DNA of 40,186 bases from positions 1 to 40,186 of IMG/VR virus record IMGVR_UViG_2728369554_000009. The stretch is one strand, 5' to 3'. Numbering within the stretch: position 1 is the stretch's first letter; every line of letters begins with the position of its first letter. Positions 17,853 through 28,874 of this stretch are shown piece after piece. The notes below the pieces were generated by a model, which did no database searches, was not told the origin of the DNA, and saw nothing but the letters and a program-made list of their open reading frames with translations. This DNA is from a virus (Duplodnaviria > Heunggongvirae > Uroviricota > Caudoviricetes). The position numbers and the translations under genes are program-made.

Positions 17853-18290
17853 ATGATCACCGACAAACTGTTGATGTTCTCCGAAGCTCAGGCGGTTACG
17901 AATACCGCGGCTTCTACTGACGTAATCGATCTCGGTCCAATTGATGGAAACCGTCGCGATATCGGCGTGGGTTATCCGCTTGAGTTTTGGGCGCTGGTTA
18001 ACACAGCCGCCGCGGCAAGCGGTGATGCAACTGTAAACATCCAGTTGCAGACGAGTGAGAATAACAGCTCATGGACCACTATTTATGATAGTGGCGCACT
18101 GGCAAAGACCGCCCTGACAGCAGGTAAACGAGTTGTTTCTGCAAAGGTGCCTGCCGGTGTTCAGCGATATCTGCGTGTTAACTACTCCGTCGCAACTGGC
18201 CCACTAACGGCTGGCGAATTCACTGCTGGTATCAGTCTTGATGTTGATGCCAATACGCCGTATCCGATCCGCTCAAAAGTAACTGGTTAA
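17853..18290 (+). CDS. virion protein, possible head decoration
   Basis: 145 aa, Ala/Thr/Gly-rich. SD GGAGAAAG. Confidence 0.5.
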   Translation: MITDKLLMFSEAQAVTNTAASTDVIDLGPIDGNRRDIGVGYPLEFWALVNTAAAASGDATVNIQLQTSENNSSWTTIYDSGALAKTALTAGKRVVSAKVPAGVQRYLRVNYSVATGPLTAGEFTAGISLDVDANTPYPIRSKVTG

Positions 18291-18300
18291 GGTGATATCG

Positions 18301-18636
18301 ATGTCAGGTGAGAAACCAAGATACCGCGTTCTGCGCCTCTCTCATATCCATAACACTCTGTGGCCGGAGGGGGCAGAAATCGAATACGAAGGTGAGCCTG
18401 GTAGCGCACTGGAACCTGTTAACGATGCAGCCAGACAGGCAAAAGCAAAAGTTGCAGGAAAGGTGTCAATGGCAGCAACCAGCACCAAAATCATCAACGA
18501 TGTGTCAGATGATGGTGAACTGGATAAGCTCCGTGAAGAGTACGAATTGCTCTTTAACGAGAAGCCACACCATAATGCCAAAGCAGAAACGCTCCGCGAG
18601 AAGATCGCAGATAAGCGTAAAGAACTGGGCGTGTAA
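18301..18636 (+). CDS. hypothetical structural protein
   Basis: SD AAGGTGA 5 nt before ATG 18301. Confidence 0.45.
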   Translation: MSGEKPRYRVLRLSHIHNTLWPEGAEIEYEGEPGSALEPVNDAARQAKAKVAGKVSMAATSTKIINDVSDDGELDKLREEYELLFNEKPHHNAKAETLREKIADKRKELGV

Positions 18637-18653
18637 GCCTCGCGAATCAGACA

Positions 18654-18674
18654 AGGGGCTTCGGCCCCTTTATT
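18654..18674 (+). terminator. intrinsic terminator (UUCG tetraloop)
   Basis: AGGGGC-ttcg-GCCCCT followed by TTATT. Confidence 0.6.
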
Positions 18675-18686
18675 GCAGGAGTGTAT

Positions 18687-19010
18687 ATGGAACTCGTAAA
18701 CCTCAAAACCGGCACTGACAGCTACCAGGATGAGAGCGGAGAAACCAGAACTCGAGATGAATACCCGTGGGGGCTGTGCATCACTCTTAATAACGACACA
18801 TTGAATAAGCTGAAGGCGCAACCTCAGGGCGTCGGAACAGAAGTGATGATAACTGCAAAAGCTGTTATTCGAGGCCTGTCTGCCAGAGAAACTGACGATG
18901 GTGTTAATCGCAGCGCCGATCTGCAGATCACTGATATGGCGATCGCTCCTGTTTCCGGGGATGTAGAAAAATCAGCGGCTGAAACCCTGTACGGCAATGG
19001 GGGTGAGTAA
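18687..19010 (+). CDS. hypothetical structural protein
   Basis: SD GCAGGAG 5 nt before the ATG. Confidence 0.45.
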   Translation: MELVNLKTGTDSYQDESGETRTRDEYPWGLCITLNNDTLNKLKAQPQGVGTEVMITAKAVIRGLSARETDDGVNRSADLQITDMAIAPVSGDVEKSAAETLYGNGGE

Positions 19011-19615
19011 TGGCCTCTGTAGTAGAGATCTGCAATCGTGCGCTGTCCAATATTGGCAACAGCCGCAGTATTAACAGCCTGACGGAAGCCAGCAAGGAAG
19101 CGGGGGAATGTTCGCTGCACTTTGAGGCCTGCCGTGATGCTGTGCTTTCTGATTTTGACTGGAACTTTGCTACCAAACGCGTGGCGCTTGCAGATACGAG
19201 CAATCCACCGCCTGACTGGGAATATGCGTATCAGTACCCGTCCGATTGTCTGCGCATTACTGAAATTATGCTTCCTGGTGTACGCAATCCAACAGCAGCA
19301 ATGCGCGTTCAGTACGAAGTTGGTGCAGACACCAACGGAACAGGAAAGTTGATCTACACAGACCAGCCGCAGGCATGGCTCAAGTATGTCTCTCGCGTTT
19401 CAGATGTGAACATGTTTGATGCCATTTTTATGGAGGCGTTGGCCTGGCGTCTTGCGGCAGCTATTAACATGGCGTTGACTGGGAATGCAGACCTCGGTAC
19501 GTTTGCCCTCAATATGTACAATCGCGTGATTCTTAGTGCTGGCTCGCATAGCCAGAATGAATCACAGGAACCACTGCCACCGGTTGACGAGTTTACCATT
19601 GCGAGGTTGTCCTGA
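19010..19615 (+). CDS. tail tubular protein A (T7 gp11-like)
   Basis: 'VEICNRALSNIGNSRSINSL' and 'EACRDAVLSDFDWNF' resemble the gp11 N-terminus. Confidence 0.6.
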   Translation: MASVVEICNRALSNIGNSRSINSLTEASKEAGECSLHFEACRDAVLSDFDWNFATKRVALADTSNPPPDWEYAYQYPSDCLRITEIMLPGVRNPTAAMRVQYEVGADTNGTGKLIYTDQPQAWLKYVSRVSDVNMFDAIFMEALAWRLAAAINMALTGNADLGTFALNMYNRVILSAGSHSQNESQEPLPPVDEFTIARLS

Positions 19616-22086
19616 TGGCTATCAGTTGGATCCAGCCCAGCTTTGCCGGTGGTGAGATTGGACCGTCGTTGTACGGTCGTATTGACATGGCGAAGTACCA
19701 GGTGGCATTGCGCAAGTGCGATAACTTTATCGTGCGGCAGTATGGCGGAGTTGAGAATCGACCTGGTACGCGTTTTGTCGGTGCCGCCAAATACCCAAAT
19801 CGGAAATGCCGCCTGATCCCGTTCCAGTTCTCGACGGTTCAGACTTATGCTCTGGAGTTCGGACACCAGTACATGCGCGTTATCAAAGATGGTGCGTTGG
19901 TGCTGAACAGCAGCAATGTTATTTATGAAATTTCCACGCCATATACTGAAGCCGATCTGTTCCGAATTAAATTCACGCAAAGCGCAGACGTGCTTACGCT
20001 GGTTCATCCGGCATACCCGCCGAAAGAGTTGCGCCGCTATGCGCATGACAACTGGCAACTGGTTGATGTGGTAACGAAGAACGGGCCATTTGAAGATATC
20101 AATATTGACGAGTCAGTGACGGTTTATGCCAGCGCCAGCACCGGGACAATTACGCTAACGGCAAGCGCCTCTATTTTTGGCGCGGAGCAGGTAGGCAAAT
20201 TGTTCTATCTGGAACAGCCTGCAGTGGATTCTGTGCCGGTATGGGAAACCAGTAAGAGTACGTCGATTGGCGATATTCGCCGTGCAGACAGTAACTACTA
20301 TCGCGCCGTTACAGCAGGCAAAACAGGTACTTTGCGCCCTTCGCATACAGAAGGCACATCATGGGATGGCTGGGGCGGATCCGGTGATGATGATACTGGC
20401 ATTGAGTGGGAATATCTGCACAGTGGTTTTGGCATTGCCCGTATCACTGCTGCAAATGGAACTACTGCAACTGCCGAGGTGATTTCCTATATCCCTTCGC
20501 AGGTCGTGGGCGAGGATAATGCCAGCTATAAATGGGCTAAATATGCCTGGAACAGTGTTAATGGTTATCCTGGCACTGTTGTTTATTATCAACAACGTCT
20601 TTACTTCGCCGCATCGACTGCGTTTCCTCAGACTATCTGGGCCAGCCGTACCGGGGATTATAAGGATTTTGGCAAAAGCAATCCTACGCAGGATGACGAC
20701 AGAATTATCTACACCTATGCCGGACGTCAGGTTAATGAGATCCGCCACCTGATTGATGTTGGTTCTCTGGTGGCGCTGACTTCCGGAGGTGAGTACGTCA
20801 TCACCGGCGACCAGAACAAAGTGTTAACCCCATCATCATTTGCATTCAGCTCTCAGGGATCAAATGGCTCAAGCAACGTCCCGCCAATTGCCGTGGCGAA
20901 TATTGCTCTGTTCGTCCAGGAGAAAGGCAGCGTTGTCCGTGATCTGGCCTACTCATTCGATGTTGACGGCTATCAGGGGAACGACCTGACCATCCTTGCC
21001 AATCATCTTTTTCAGAAGCACAGCATTGTTGACTGGTGCTTCTCGATTGTCCCTTACTCCAGTGCCTTCTGCATTCGTGATGACGGTAAATTACTGGTGA
21101 TGACCTATTTGCGTGATCAGCAGGTTTTTGCATGGGCACCACAATCCAGTACCGGAAAATATGAAAGCACATGCAGTATCAGCGAAGGCAATGAAGATGC
21201 GGTGTATTTCGTCGTTAACCGAACCGTTAACGGGCAAACAGTGAGATACATCGAGCGACTGTCCAGCCGTTTATTTACCAGCGATGAAGATGCTTTCTTT
21301 GTTGATTCTGGCCTTAGCTATGATGGAAGAAATACGTCTGACAGAACGATGATCATCACTGGTGGTTCTGGCGAATGGGATTACCGCGCGGAATATACAA
21401 TCAGTGTTTCTGGTGGTGCGTACTTCACCAGTAGTGATGTCGGCGCGCAACTACAGTTCCCTTATACCGGAACGGATCCTGATACTGGCGATGAAGTGTC
21501 AAAAGAATTACGTTGCGACATTATTTCTGTAACCAGCAATACCGCTGTAGTGGTTCGTCCTAACAGGAACGTCCCGCCATCCCTCAGGAATGTGGCCACC
21601 ACGAACTGGCAGATGGCGCGCCGGGCATTTGGCGGCTTGTCTCATCTTGAAGGTCAGACCGTAAACATTCTCTCTGATGCGAACGTGGAACCACAGAAAG
21701 TGGTTTCCGGAGGTGCCGTCACGCTGGAATCTACGGGGGCTGTAGTGCACATCGGCCTGCCAATAACTGCTGAATTCGAAACACTGGATATCAACATTAA
21801 CGGACAGGAAACGCTGCTGGACAAAAAACAGGTGATCCCCTCCGTTACTCTGGTTGTGAATGCCAGTCGCGGCATCTGGGCGACTACGCCCGGCGGTAAA
21901 TGGTACGAATATCCACAGCGTGAATTCGAGTTCTACGATGATCCTGTTGATGATGCTACCGGAAAAGTAGAAGTGAAACTGGACAGTAACTGGGGCAAAA
22001 ACGGACGTGTAAAAATCCGTCAGCTTGACCCGTTGCCGCTGTCTGTTCTTGCCGTTATTCCTCGCCTTACTGTTGGGGGATTCTGA
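19615..22086 (+). CDS. tail tubular protein B (T7 gp12-like)
   Basis: 823 aa. The 'MAISWIQPSFAGGEIGPS' start parallels gp12. Confidence 0.7.
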   Translation: MAISWIQPSFAGGEIGPSLYGRIDMAKYQVALRKCDNFIVRQYGGVENRPGTRFVGAAKYPNRKCRLIPFQFSTVQTYALEFGHQYMRVIKDGALVLNSSNVIYEISTPYTEADLFRIKFTQSADVLTLVHPAYPPKELRRYAHDNWQLVDVVTKNGPFEDINIDESVTVYASASTGTITLTASASIFGAEQVGKLFYLEQPAVDSVPVWETSKSTSIGDIRRADSNYYRAVTAGKTGTLRPSHTEGTSWDGWGGSGDDDTGIEWEYLHSGFGIARITAANGTTATAEVISYIPSQVVGEDNASYKWAKYAWNSVNGYPGTVVYYQQRLYFAASTAFPQTIWASRTGDYKDFGKSNPTQDDDRIIYTYAGRQVNEIRHLIDVGSLVALTSGGEYVITGDQNKVLTPSSFAFSSQGSNGSSNVPPIAVANIALFVQEKGSVVRDLAYSFDVDGYQGNDLTILANHLFQKHSIVDWCFSIVPYSSAFCIRDDGKLLVMTYLRDQQVFAWAPQSSTGKYESTCSISEGNEDAVYFVVNRTVNGQTVRYIERLSSRLFTSDEDAFFVDSGLSYDGRNTSDRTMIITGGSGEWDYRAEYTISVSGGAYFTSSDVGAQLQFPYTGTDPDTGDEVSKELRCDIISVTSNTAVVVRPNRNVPPSLRNVATTNWQMARRAFGGLSHLEGQTVNILSDANVEPQKVVSGGAVTLESTGAVVHIGLPITAEFETLDININGQETLLDKKQVIPSVTLVVNASRGIWATTPGGKWYEYPQREFEFYDDPVDDATGKVEVKLDSNWGKNGRVKIRQLDPLPLSVLAVIPRLTVGGF

Positions 22087-22550
22087 TGATTGACGTTCAA
22101 ATTATTCCCGCTACCGAAGAGCATCTTCAGATGATTTTGCCGGATGTTCGTCAGGCTGATATTGACGAACTGTATGCGGTATCGCTGATGACTACCGAAG
22201 ATGCACTGCGTGTTGGCCTGCGTACTGCGACTATGGCTTGGTCAGGGTTCGCGAACGGAGAACTGGTAACCATGTTTGGTGTATCTCCGGCGTCAATGAT
22301 CGGTGGCAATGGTACGCCCTGGCTGGTCGGAACCAGCCGTATTGAAAAATATCAGAAGACATTTCTGCGCCACTGCCGCCCTGTATTGCAGCAGATGCTG
22401 GCAGTTTATCCGCGCCTGGAAAACTATGTCGACGAGCGAAACCATGTTGCCAAAGCATGGCTGCACTGGCTTGGATTCAGGCTTGAAGAAGCCGCGCCTT
22501 ATGGTGCTCTTGGTCTTAATTTCCACAGATTTCACATGGAGAGAAAATAA
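22086..22550 (+). CDS. hypothetical virion protein
   Basis: 154 aa, coupled to neighbouring genes. Confidence 0.45.
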   Translation: MIDVQIIPATEEHLQMILPDVRQADIDELYAVSLMTTEDALRVGLRTATMAWSGFANGELVTMFGVSPASMIGGNGTPWLVGTSRIEKYQKTFLRHCRPVLQQMLAVYPRLENYVDERNHVAKAWLHWLGFRLEEAAPYGALGLNFHRFHMERK

Positions 22551-23125
22551 TGTGCGATCCGGTTATTGCTGGTGGCGCAATGCTCGCCATGAGTGGCATT
22601 CAGGCATACACCCAGTACCAACAGGGAAAGTATGCCTCGAAGGTTGCAGAAGCGAACGCAGATATAGCCACTGCTCAGGCAAATGATGCAATAAACAGAG
22701 GTAACGCTGAAGCTGAGCAACGGCGCAGAGAGACCCGACAGCGGCTTGGTACACAGGCGGCGACAATGGGGGCTACCGGCGCTGATTTATCTACAGGTAA
22801 CGCGCTGGATATATTTGGCGACACTGCCCAGTTTGGCGCTCTTGATTCTCTGACGACGGTGAATAACGCGCAACGCGAGGCTTACGGTTATCAGGTTCAG
22901 GCTGCCAACTATAAAGCAGAAGCCAGTTCAGCCCGTAAACAGGGGAATGTGGGAGCAGCAACAACATTGCTCACTGCGCCTCTGAAGGCATACGGTGCGT
23001 ACCAGATGTTTGGTGGGACGTGGAGTCCGTTCTCTAAAGGAAGTACATCTAGTGGTGGGACGCCAATGTTATCTAACTCAGGTTTTATGAATTCTGACTC
23101 CCGATTCAAAATAGGAGGTTACTGA
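22550..23125 (+). CDS. internal virion protein (gp14-like)
   Basis: 191 aa, Ala/Gln/Gly-rich. Confidence 0.5.
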   Translation: MCDPVIAGGAMLAMSGIQAYTQYQQGKYASKVAEANADIATAQANDAINRGNAEAEQRRRETRQRLGTQAATMGATGADLSTGNALDIFGDTAQFGALDSLTTVNNAQREAYGYQVQAANYKAEASSARKQGNVGAATTLLTAPLKAYGAYQMFGGTWSPFSKGSTSSGGTPMLSNSGFMNSDSRFKIGGY

Positions 23126-25833
23126 TGCCTGTTGTTCCTACTACATCCGGACGCCAGGTGCAAAGTCGTGGTGTGCAAACCGGTGGTTTTCAAACCTTCG
23201 ATGTTCCTCAGGCAGGTCAGGTGCTGGCGAATGTCGCAGATCAGTATGCGGTGGCATATGGTGAAGCCAGGCAGAAAGCGAATGTTGCATTGTCTCAGGA
23301 TGCCATCCTTCAGCTTAATCAGCGCAGCAATGAACGTCTTTATAACCCTCAAACCGGTTTTTATGCACAACAAGGCAAAAATGCGATTGGTAAGGGGCAA
23401 GAGTACATATCTGGATTTGATCAGGATGTGGAAGAAATAGCTGCTTCATTGACTGATGAAGCAGCAAGAAATATGTTTTTGCAACAAGCCAGAACACAGA
23501 AAATTCAGTTCAGTACTGGAGTTCTCAGACATGAGATAGGGCAGACAAATGCCTATGAAGATGAGCAATATCAGGCAACGAGAAAATTATGGATACAAAA
23601 TGAAGCGGATGCCTGGAATGACCCGCAAACTGCCACTTTAGCCAGAAATTCCAGAATGGTAGCCATTGCCAGATATGGAGCAGCCAGGGGATGGTCACAA
23701 GAACGCATTCTGGAAGAAATAGAAAGTGATGATCGCAGTGCCACAGAAATGCGGGCGAAGAATTATGCCGCTGCTAATCCGGAAGGATGGTTAAATGGTC
23801 AGTTTCAGAAAAATGATTCTGGAGGCATGGACATGCGTGCCATACGCCTTGTTGAATCAGGTGATCGTCATTTTAATCCTGATGGTAGTATTCTTGAAGG
23901 ACCGAAAACATCTTCTGGAGAGAGGGCCCAGGGGAAATACCAGTTAATGCCGGGCACAGGGAAAGAACTGGCGGCCAAACGTGGCGTTGAATACAACCCT
24001 ACGGACGAACAACAGCATGAAATGCTCGCCAGTGACTATGTAAATCAACTGTATGGTAAGTACGGTTCCGAAATATTGACCGGAGCAGCATATAACTGGG
24101 GGATGGGTAACGTGGATAAACTGATCGCCAAAGTCGGTGATCCACGTAAAGGTGAAATATCAGAAGAAGAATTTATCCGAAATCTTCCATCAGAAACACA
24201 AGGGTGGCTTTCCCGATATAGAAAAAATAAAACTGGAATGGATCCGCTGACTATTTATCAAATAGATAACCTTGCTAATAGTCAGATAGAAAAGCAAAGG
24301 AAGTTAATATTAGAACAGCTTGAGCCAGCTATTAATAACACCATGGCCCAGCTATATAACGGTGAGGTTCCAGATTATATACCGGCTCAGGAGACCATCA
24401 TCAGGGGGTATGGAAAAAACGCAGATAAAATAATCAATCAACTGGATATAGCGATTGATAACGCGAGAATATTCCAGACAATTCAGTATTTGCCTCCTTC
24501 TCAGCAGCAAGAAGAAATGCAGAAAGTGAAGCCTGAGGTTAACGATCCTCACTATGCGTTAAAACTCGATGCTTACGGAAAATTGTCTGCATTGCTTCAG
24601 AGATCAAATGAAGCAATTCAGGCGCAACGGGATTCACGCAGATTTAATGAGGCGCTGACAATAGGTGAAAAATTAGACCCAAGCAACAAGTCAATGCAGA
24701 AAGCTGCTGATTACACAGAAATGGCGCAGAACTTTCGTATTAATGATGCCTCCACTCATGATGGGGTTGTTCGGCTTGTGGCTCAGACTGGCATAATGCC
24801 TTCGCAGGTCATCACGCAGCTTTCAGCAGTATCCCGATCCAGCAATCAGGAAGTGGTTAAAAATGCGGCGGAACTGTTTAGTCGGTTATATGAAACAGAC
24901 AATGCATCTATTGGAAATATGCCGAAGGATATGCAGGGTTTTTATCTGACTGTTAAGCAACTAACTGATGCAGGGATGTCTTCAGATGCTGCTATTGTGG
25001 AAGCGCAGAGTAAGACATACAACCAGACAGATGCACTAAGGGCGCAGCTCTCATCTGTTCAGAGTACAAGAGAATACAAAAAAGAGCGTGACAGCGCAGC
25101 CAATTCTGCTGTCAGTAATATGACTCACTGGCTTCGCTGGGATCCGTCTGCGGATGACCAGACACCGGAAGCAGCGCTCTTTCGCAATGACTATCAGATG
25201 CTGTATGACGTTAACTATCGCCTTGCTGGTGGTAACGCTGACGTAGCGAAGCAAATGACCAACCAGCAGATAGCCCGCACTTGGAGTATCAGCGAGGTCA
25301 ACGGGGAAGCACAGTTTATGAAATATGCACCGGAGGCGCTTTATCAATATGGGCCGTCAGGCTGGATTGCAGCGCAATGGAAGGCTGAAAAAGAAAAAAT
25401 CATGTATGGCGATGACTTACATAAACCGGCTCCTTCATTTAACCGACCTTCAACTGAGGCTGGTGCATTGGGACTGAATAAGCCACGCTCACTGGTTGGA
25501 GGTGAGTTGATTCTCGTTCCTGACTTATCAACTCCGAGAGATAAGCTTTATTCAGTTGTGATCAGAACAAAAGATAAAGATGGTATTACGAGGGATGATT
25601 TATTTTATGACAAGCATGGAAGACAGATGCGCTGGGGGCCATCACTAGAAGATTGGGAACCTTATAAGAAAATGCAGCAGGAACGGGAGCAGCACGAGCA
25701 GGAAGAAATTATGCGTGGACAGGCTATACGAAACTTCAAAGACAAGCATCGCGCTCTGGATGAGCAGTATCAGCGCCTGCATAACGAACGTATGGACAAA
25801 TTTAAAGATTACTTTTCGTGGGGATCTAAATAA
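23125..25833 (+). CDS. internal core protein with lytic transglycosylase domain
   Basis: 902 aa. 'ERAQGKYQLMPGTGKEL..EMLASDYVNQLY..AAYNWGMGNV' is an SLT-like catalytic region. SD AGGAGG. Confidence 0.75.
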   Translation: MPVVPTTSGRQVQSRGVQTGGFQTFDVPQAGQVLANVADQYAVAYGEARQKANVALSQDAILQLNQRSNERLYNPQTGFYAQQGKNAIGKGQEYISGFDQDVEEIAASLTDEAARNMFLQQARTQKIQFSTGVLRHEIGQTNAYEDEQYQATRKLWIQNEADAWNDPQTATLARNSRMVAIARYGAARGWSQERILEEIESDDRSATEMRAKNYAAANPEGWLNGQFQKNDSGGMDMRAIRLVESGDRHFNPDGSILEGPKTSSGERAQGKYQLMPGTGKELAAKRGVEYNPTDEQQHEMLASDYVNQLYGKYGSEILTGAAYNWGMGNVDKLIAKVGDPRKGEISEEEFIRNLPSETQGWLSRYRKNKTGMDPLTIYQIDNLANSQIEKQRKLILEQLEPAINNTMAQLYNGEVPDYIPAQETIIRGYGKNADKIINQLDIAIDNARIFQTIQYLPPSQQQEEMQKVKPEVNDPHYALKLDAYGKLSALLQRSNEAIQAQRDSRRFNEALTIGEKLDPSNKSMQKAADYTEMAQNFRINDASTHDGVVRLVAQTGIMPSQVITQLSAVSRSSNQEVVKNAAELFSRLYETDNASIGNMPKDMQGFYLTVKQLTDAGMSSDAAIVEAQSKTYNQTDALRAQLSSVQSTREYKKERDSAANSAVSNMTHWLRWDPSADDQTPEAALFRNDYQMLYDVNYRLAGGNADVAKQMTNQQIARTWSISEVNGEAQFMKYAPEALYQYGPSGWIAAQWKAEKEKIMYGDDLHKPAPSFNRPSTEAGALGLNKPRSLVGGELILVPDLSTPRDKLYSVVIRTKDKDGITRDDLFYDKHGRQMRWGPSLEDWEPYKKMQQEREQHEQEEIMRGQAIRNFKDKHRALDEQYQRLHNERMDKFKDYFSWGSK

Positions 25834-28800
25834 TGCCGTTCTATCCTGTATCTGAATCAAACAATAACGGATTTATTTCTGCTGGTCTCGCCATTCCTGA
25901 ACCTGATGAACAGAGTTTTGATGTGCATCCGCCAGAAGGTAAGAACCCTGAACCTCGTCCCAAAGAGCCTTCATTGCTTGCCGCAGCAATACGACAGAAC
26001 AATATTCTGGCTGGTTTTTTCCGTCCTGCCAGACAGTTTGAACCGGTCGAAGGTTATAACCCATATGCTGATAAAAATGAGTTGCACGGTTATGAATACT
26101 GGGGGGCGAAATTTGCAGATTCCCGATCGCCAGAGGAAACGGCGTGGATTAAGCAGCAGATAGATGATGAAAATGAAGACAGACGTTTATTGTCTGATGC
26201 TGGCGTAGTTGGAACTCTTGCCAGTATTGCTGCAGGAATGGATCCGGTTACCGTTGCGTCAATGTTTATCCCCGGTGCTCAAGGAGGGGCACTGGCGCGT
26301 ATTGGCTCACAGATTGCGATTGGTGCTGCCGGTACAGCATTAAGCGAGGTTGTGCTGAATAATCAGCAAATAACACGCTCATGGGGTGAAAGTGCCGCTC
26401 ACGTTGCAGCGGGTGCGATGATGAGCGGCGTGTTTGCCAGTGCTGGTGTTGCGCTTTCGCCATCCGTCCGGGCTGCAGCCACGCGTGAGGTTGCTGATGC
26501 TCTTGATAATATGAGCATTACATCAGCGACTGACAGGGCTGCCGCTTCGCTTTCTGATGGTGGTAGTGTTGGTGCTATGAAAATTGATACAGCGACTCTG
26601 GATGATTTAACCCCTGTTTCCGGTGGGTGGGTTGGAAAGGCTGCATGGAAAGCAGGGAGCTATCTTACTCCTTTGACAAGGTTAATGGAGTCTCCGTCCA
26701 AGACAGTGCGAAAAACAACGCTGGAGTTAGCCGAAAATAATTTCACCCTTAAAGGAAATGAAAGGGGGATTGAAACACCGGTAGCTGTAGAAACCCGTAC
26801 ACGTGGATGGCAGCGTGAAGAAGCTGCTGTTGTTGTCGGAAATAAACAGGCATACGCAAAGTATAAAGCTGATGGTGGTGACATGAGTTTTGATTCATTT
26901 CGTCAGCAGGTTGGGAATGCTATGCGAAGCGGTGATGTGCATGCTAATCCTGTTGTTCAGGAAACGGCGCAGGCGATGCGAACTGTATTAAATCGGGTGA
27001 AAGTTGAAATGCAAAAGCTTGGTTTATTGCCGCCAGATGAAGAACTGAAAGCATTAGGCCAGGCAAGCTATTTCCCACGCATATATAAAGTTGGAAAAAT
27101 AATCAGTGAACGCGATAAATTTCGACGTATTTTGGTTGACTGGTGGTCGAGAGGAAATAAAACACTGGATCCTGAGGATGCTGAAATTGCAGCGGATATC
27201 GTAATTAATAAAATTACTGGTGCTAAGGTTCCACAGGATTTTGTCAGCGTATTTTCTGTAAAAGCCGCAGGTAGTACGAAAGAAAGAACATTAAATGTTC
27301 CTGATAGTCTTATCGGTGATTATCTTGAAAGTGATGTGAATTACGTGCTGCAACGTCATATCCGTGAAGCGGCAGCAGAAATTGAGTTGATGAGAACATT
27401 TGGCAAACGAACTATGACTGAGCGTCTGCAATTAATTGAGGACGAATATGACAGTCTGTTACGGGAAGTGCCTGAAAAAATAAAGGCGAAATATGACGAA
27501 AGTGTGGCAAATCTGAAAGCACGTTATGAGAGCAATGGTGAAGTTGTTCCTCAGGGTAAACTCGATTCATTAATGCGAAAGTACGAAAAGGAATTACGGA
27601 AAGAACAGTCCAGACTTTCAAAATCAAGAGCAAATGATCTCAGAGACATAACAGCATTACGCGATCGTCTTGTTGGTACATATGGGATGCCTGATGATCC
27701 GTCTTCGTTTTTTGTTCGTGCTGGCGCTTTTCTGCGGGATGTGAACTTCACGACCAAACTCGGTGGAATGACAGTATCAGCTATTCCAGATCTGGCCAGA
27801 GGGGTTATGGTTAATGGTTTCCGTAACACCATGAAAGGCTATGCTTCTCAGATATCCCAATCACCGGCATTTAAGGCCAGCAAAGAAGATATGTTGAAGA
27901 TGGGGATTGGATTGGAAGCTGTACTACATTCACGTTCTCGTGCAATTGGTGATCTTGTTGACAGTTCTTCCAGGACAACAGCAGTCGAAGCAGGAATGGA
28001 GCGAATTACTGATGCCTTCGGCAAGCTGACACTCATGGATCGATTTAATGACATAAACAAATCCATGAACGGAATGCTCACGTCAGACGGTATTTTGTCC
28101 GGTGCGTTTTCTGCACGTCGCATGGCAAAACTCGGTATCAACGACAATATGGCTGCGCGTATTCGCAGTGAGTTCGAGAAACATGGTGAGGTAATTGATG
28201 GATGGCACATTGGTAACTTTGATAAATGGGACGATCAGTACGTTGCCGGAGTATTCCAGTCAGCGGTTCTGAAAGACGTTAATAACACTATCATCACCCC
28301 CGGTATTGGTGACACACCTTTATGGGCGAGTACTCCAATGGGGCGAACGATATTTCAGTTTAAATCATTCACAACGGCTTCATACAACCGTGCGCTACTT
28401 GGTGGGTTACAGGAAGGAACTGCGCAATTTTATTATGGCACTGCATTTCAGATTGCTCTTGGCTCACTGGTCTATGCGCTTAAAGAAGCATCGAAAGGGA
28501 AAAATGTTGACTGGTCACCAGAGAAGCTGGTGCTTGAGGGTATAGATAGATCCGGTATTCTTGGGCCATTGATGGAATATAACAACATGGCTGAAAAGGC
28601 GACTGGTGGTGCTGTTGGGCTGGGGGCTTTATTTGGCACTGGCACACAGTCCAGGTATGCCAGTCGTGGATTCGTAGGATCTCTATTCGGACCGTCATTT
28701 GGTCTTGCGGATAGCATCATTGATGTGACCTCAGGAGTGTTGAATGGTGATGCCGGTGATCGTATTGTGCATAATGTCCGAACCCTGATACCCGGCAATA

Positions 28801-28853
28801 ACCTGTTCTGGATTGCGCCACTAATAAACCAAGTGGATCCGGTGATGCGTTAA
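25833..28853 (+). CDS. large internal core / DNA-ejection protein (gp16-like)
   Basis: 1006 aa, coupled (TAAATAATG). Confidence 0.65.
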   Translation: MPFYPVSESNNNGFISAGLAIPEPDEQSFDVHPPEGKNPEPRPKEPSLLAAAIRQNNILAGFFRPARQFEPVEGYNPYADKNELHGYEYWGAKFADSRSPEETAWIKQQIDDENEDRRLLSDAGVVGTLASIAAGMDPVTVASMFIPGAQGGALARIGSQIAIGAAGTALSEVVLNNQQITRSWGESAAHVAAGAMMSGVFASAGVALSPSVRAAATREVADALDNMSITSATDRAAASLSDGGSVGAMKIDTATLDDLTPVSGGWVGKAAWKAGSYLTPLTRLMESPSKTVRKTTLELAENNFTLKGNERGIETPVAVETRTRGWQREEAAVVVGNKQAYAKYKADGGDMSFDSFRQQVGNAMRSGDVHANPVVQETAQAMRTVLNRVKVEMQKLGLLPPDEELKALGQASYFPRIYKVGKIISERDKFRRILVDWWSRGNKTLDPEDAEIAADIVINKITGAKVPQDFVSVFSVKAAGSTKERTLNVPDSLIGDYLESDVNYVLQRHIREAAAEIELMRTFGKRTMTERLQLIEDEYDSLLREVPEKIKAKYDESVANLKARYESNGEVVPQGKLDSLMRKYEKELRKEQSRLSKSRANDLRDITALRDRLVGTYGMPDDPSSFFVRAGAFLRDVNFTTKLGGMTVSAIPDLARGVMVNGFRNTMKGYASQISQSPAFKASKEDMLKMGIGLEAVLHSRSRAIGDLVDSSSRTTAVEAGMERITDAFGKLTLMDRFNDINKSMNGMLTSDGILSGAFSARRMAKLGINDNMAARIRSEFEKHGEVIDGWHIGNFDKWDDQYVAGVFQSAVLKDVNNTIITPGIGDTPLWASTPMGRTIFQFKSFTTASYNRALLGGLQEGTAQFYYGTAFQIALGSLVYALKEASKGKNVDWSPEKLVLEGIDRSGILGPLMEYNNMAEKATGGAVGLGALFGTGTQSRYASRGFVGSLFGPSFGLADSIIDVTSGVLNGDAGDRIVHNVRTLIPGNNLFWIAPLINQVDPVMR

Positions 28854-28874
28854 TCAATATTTATTGGAGTTCTT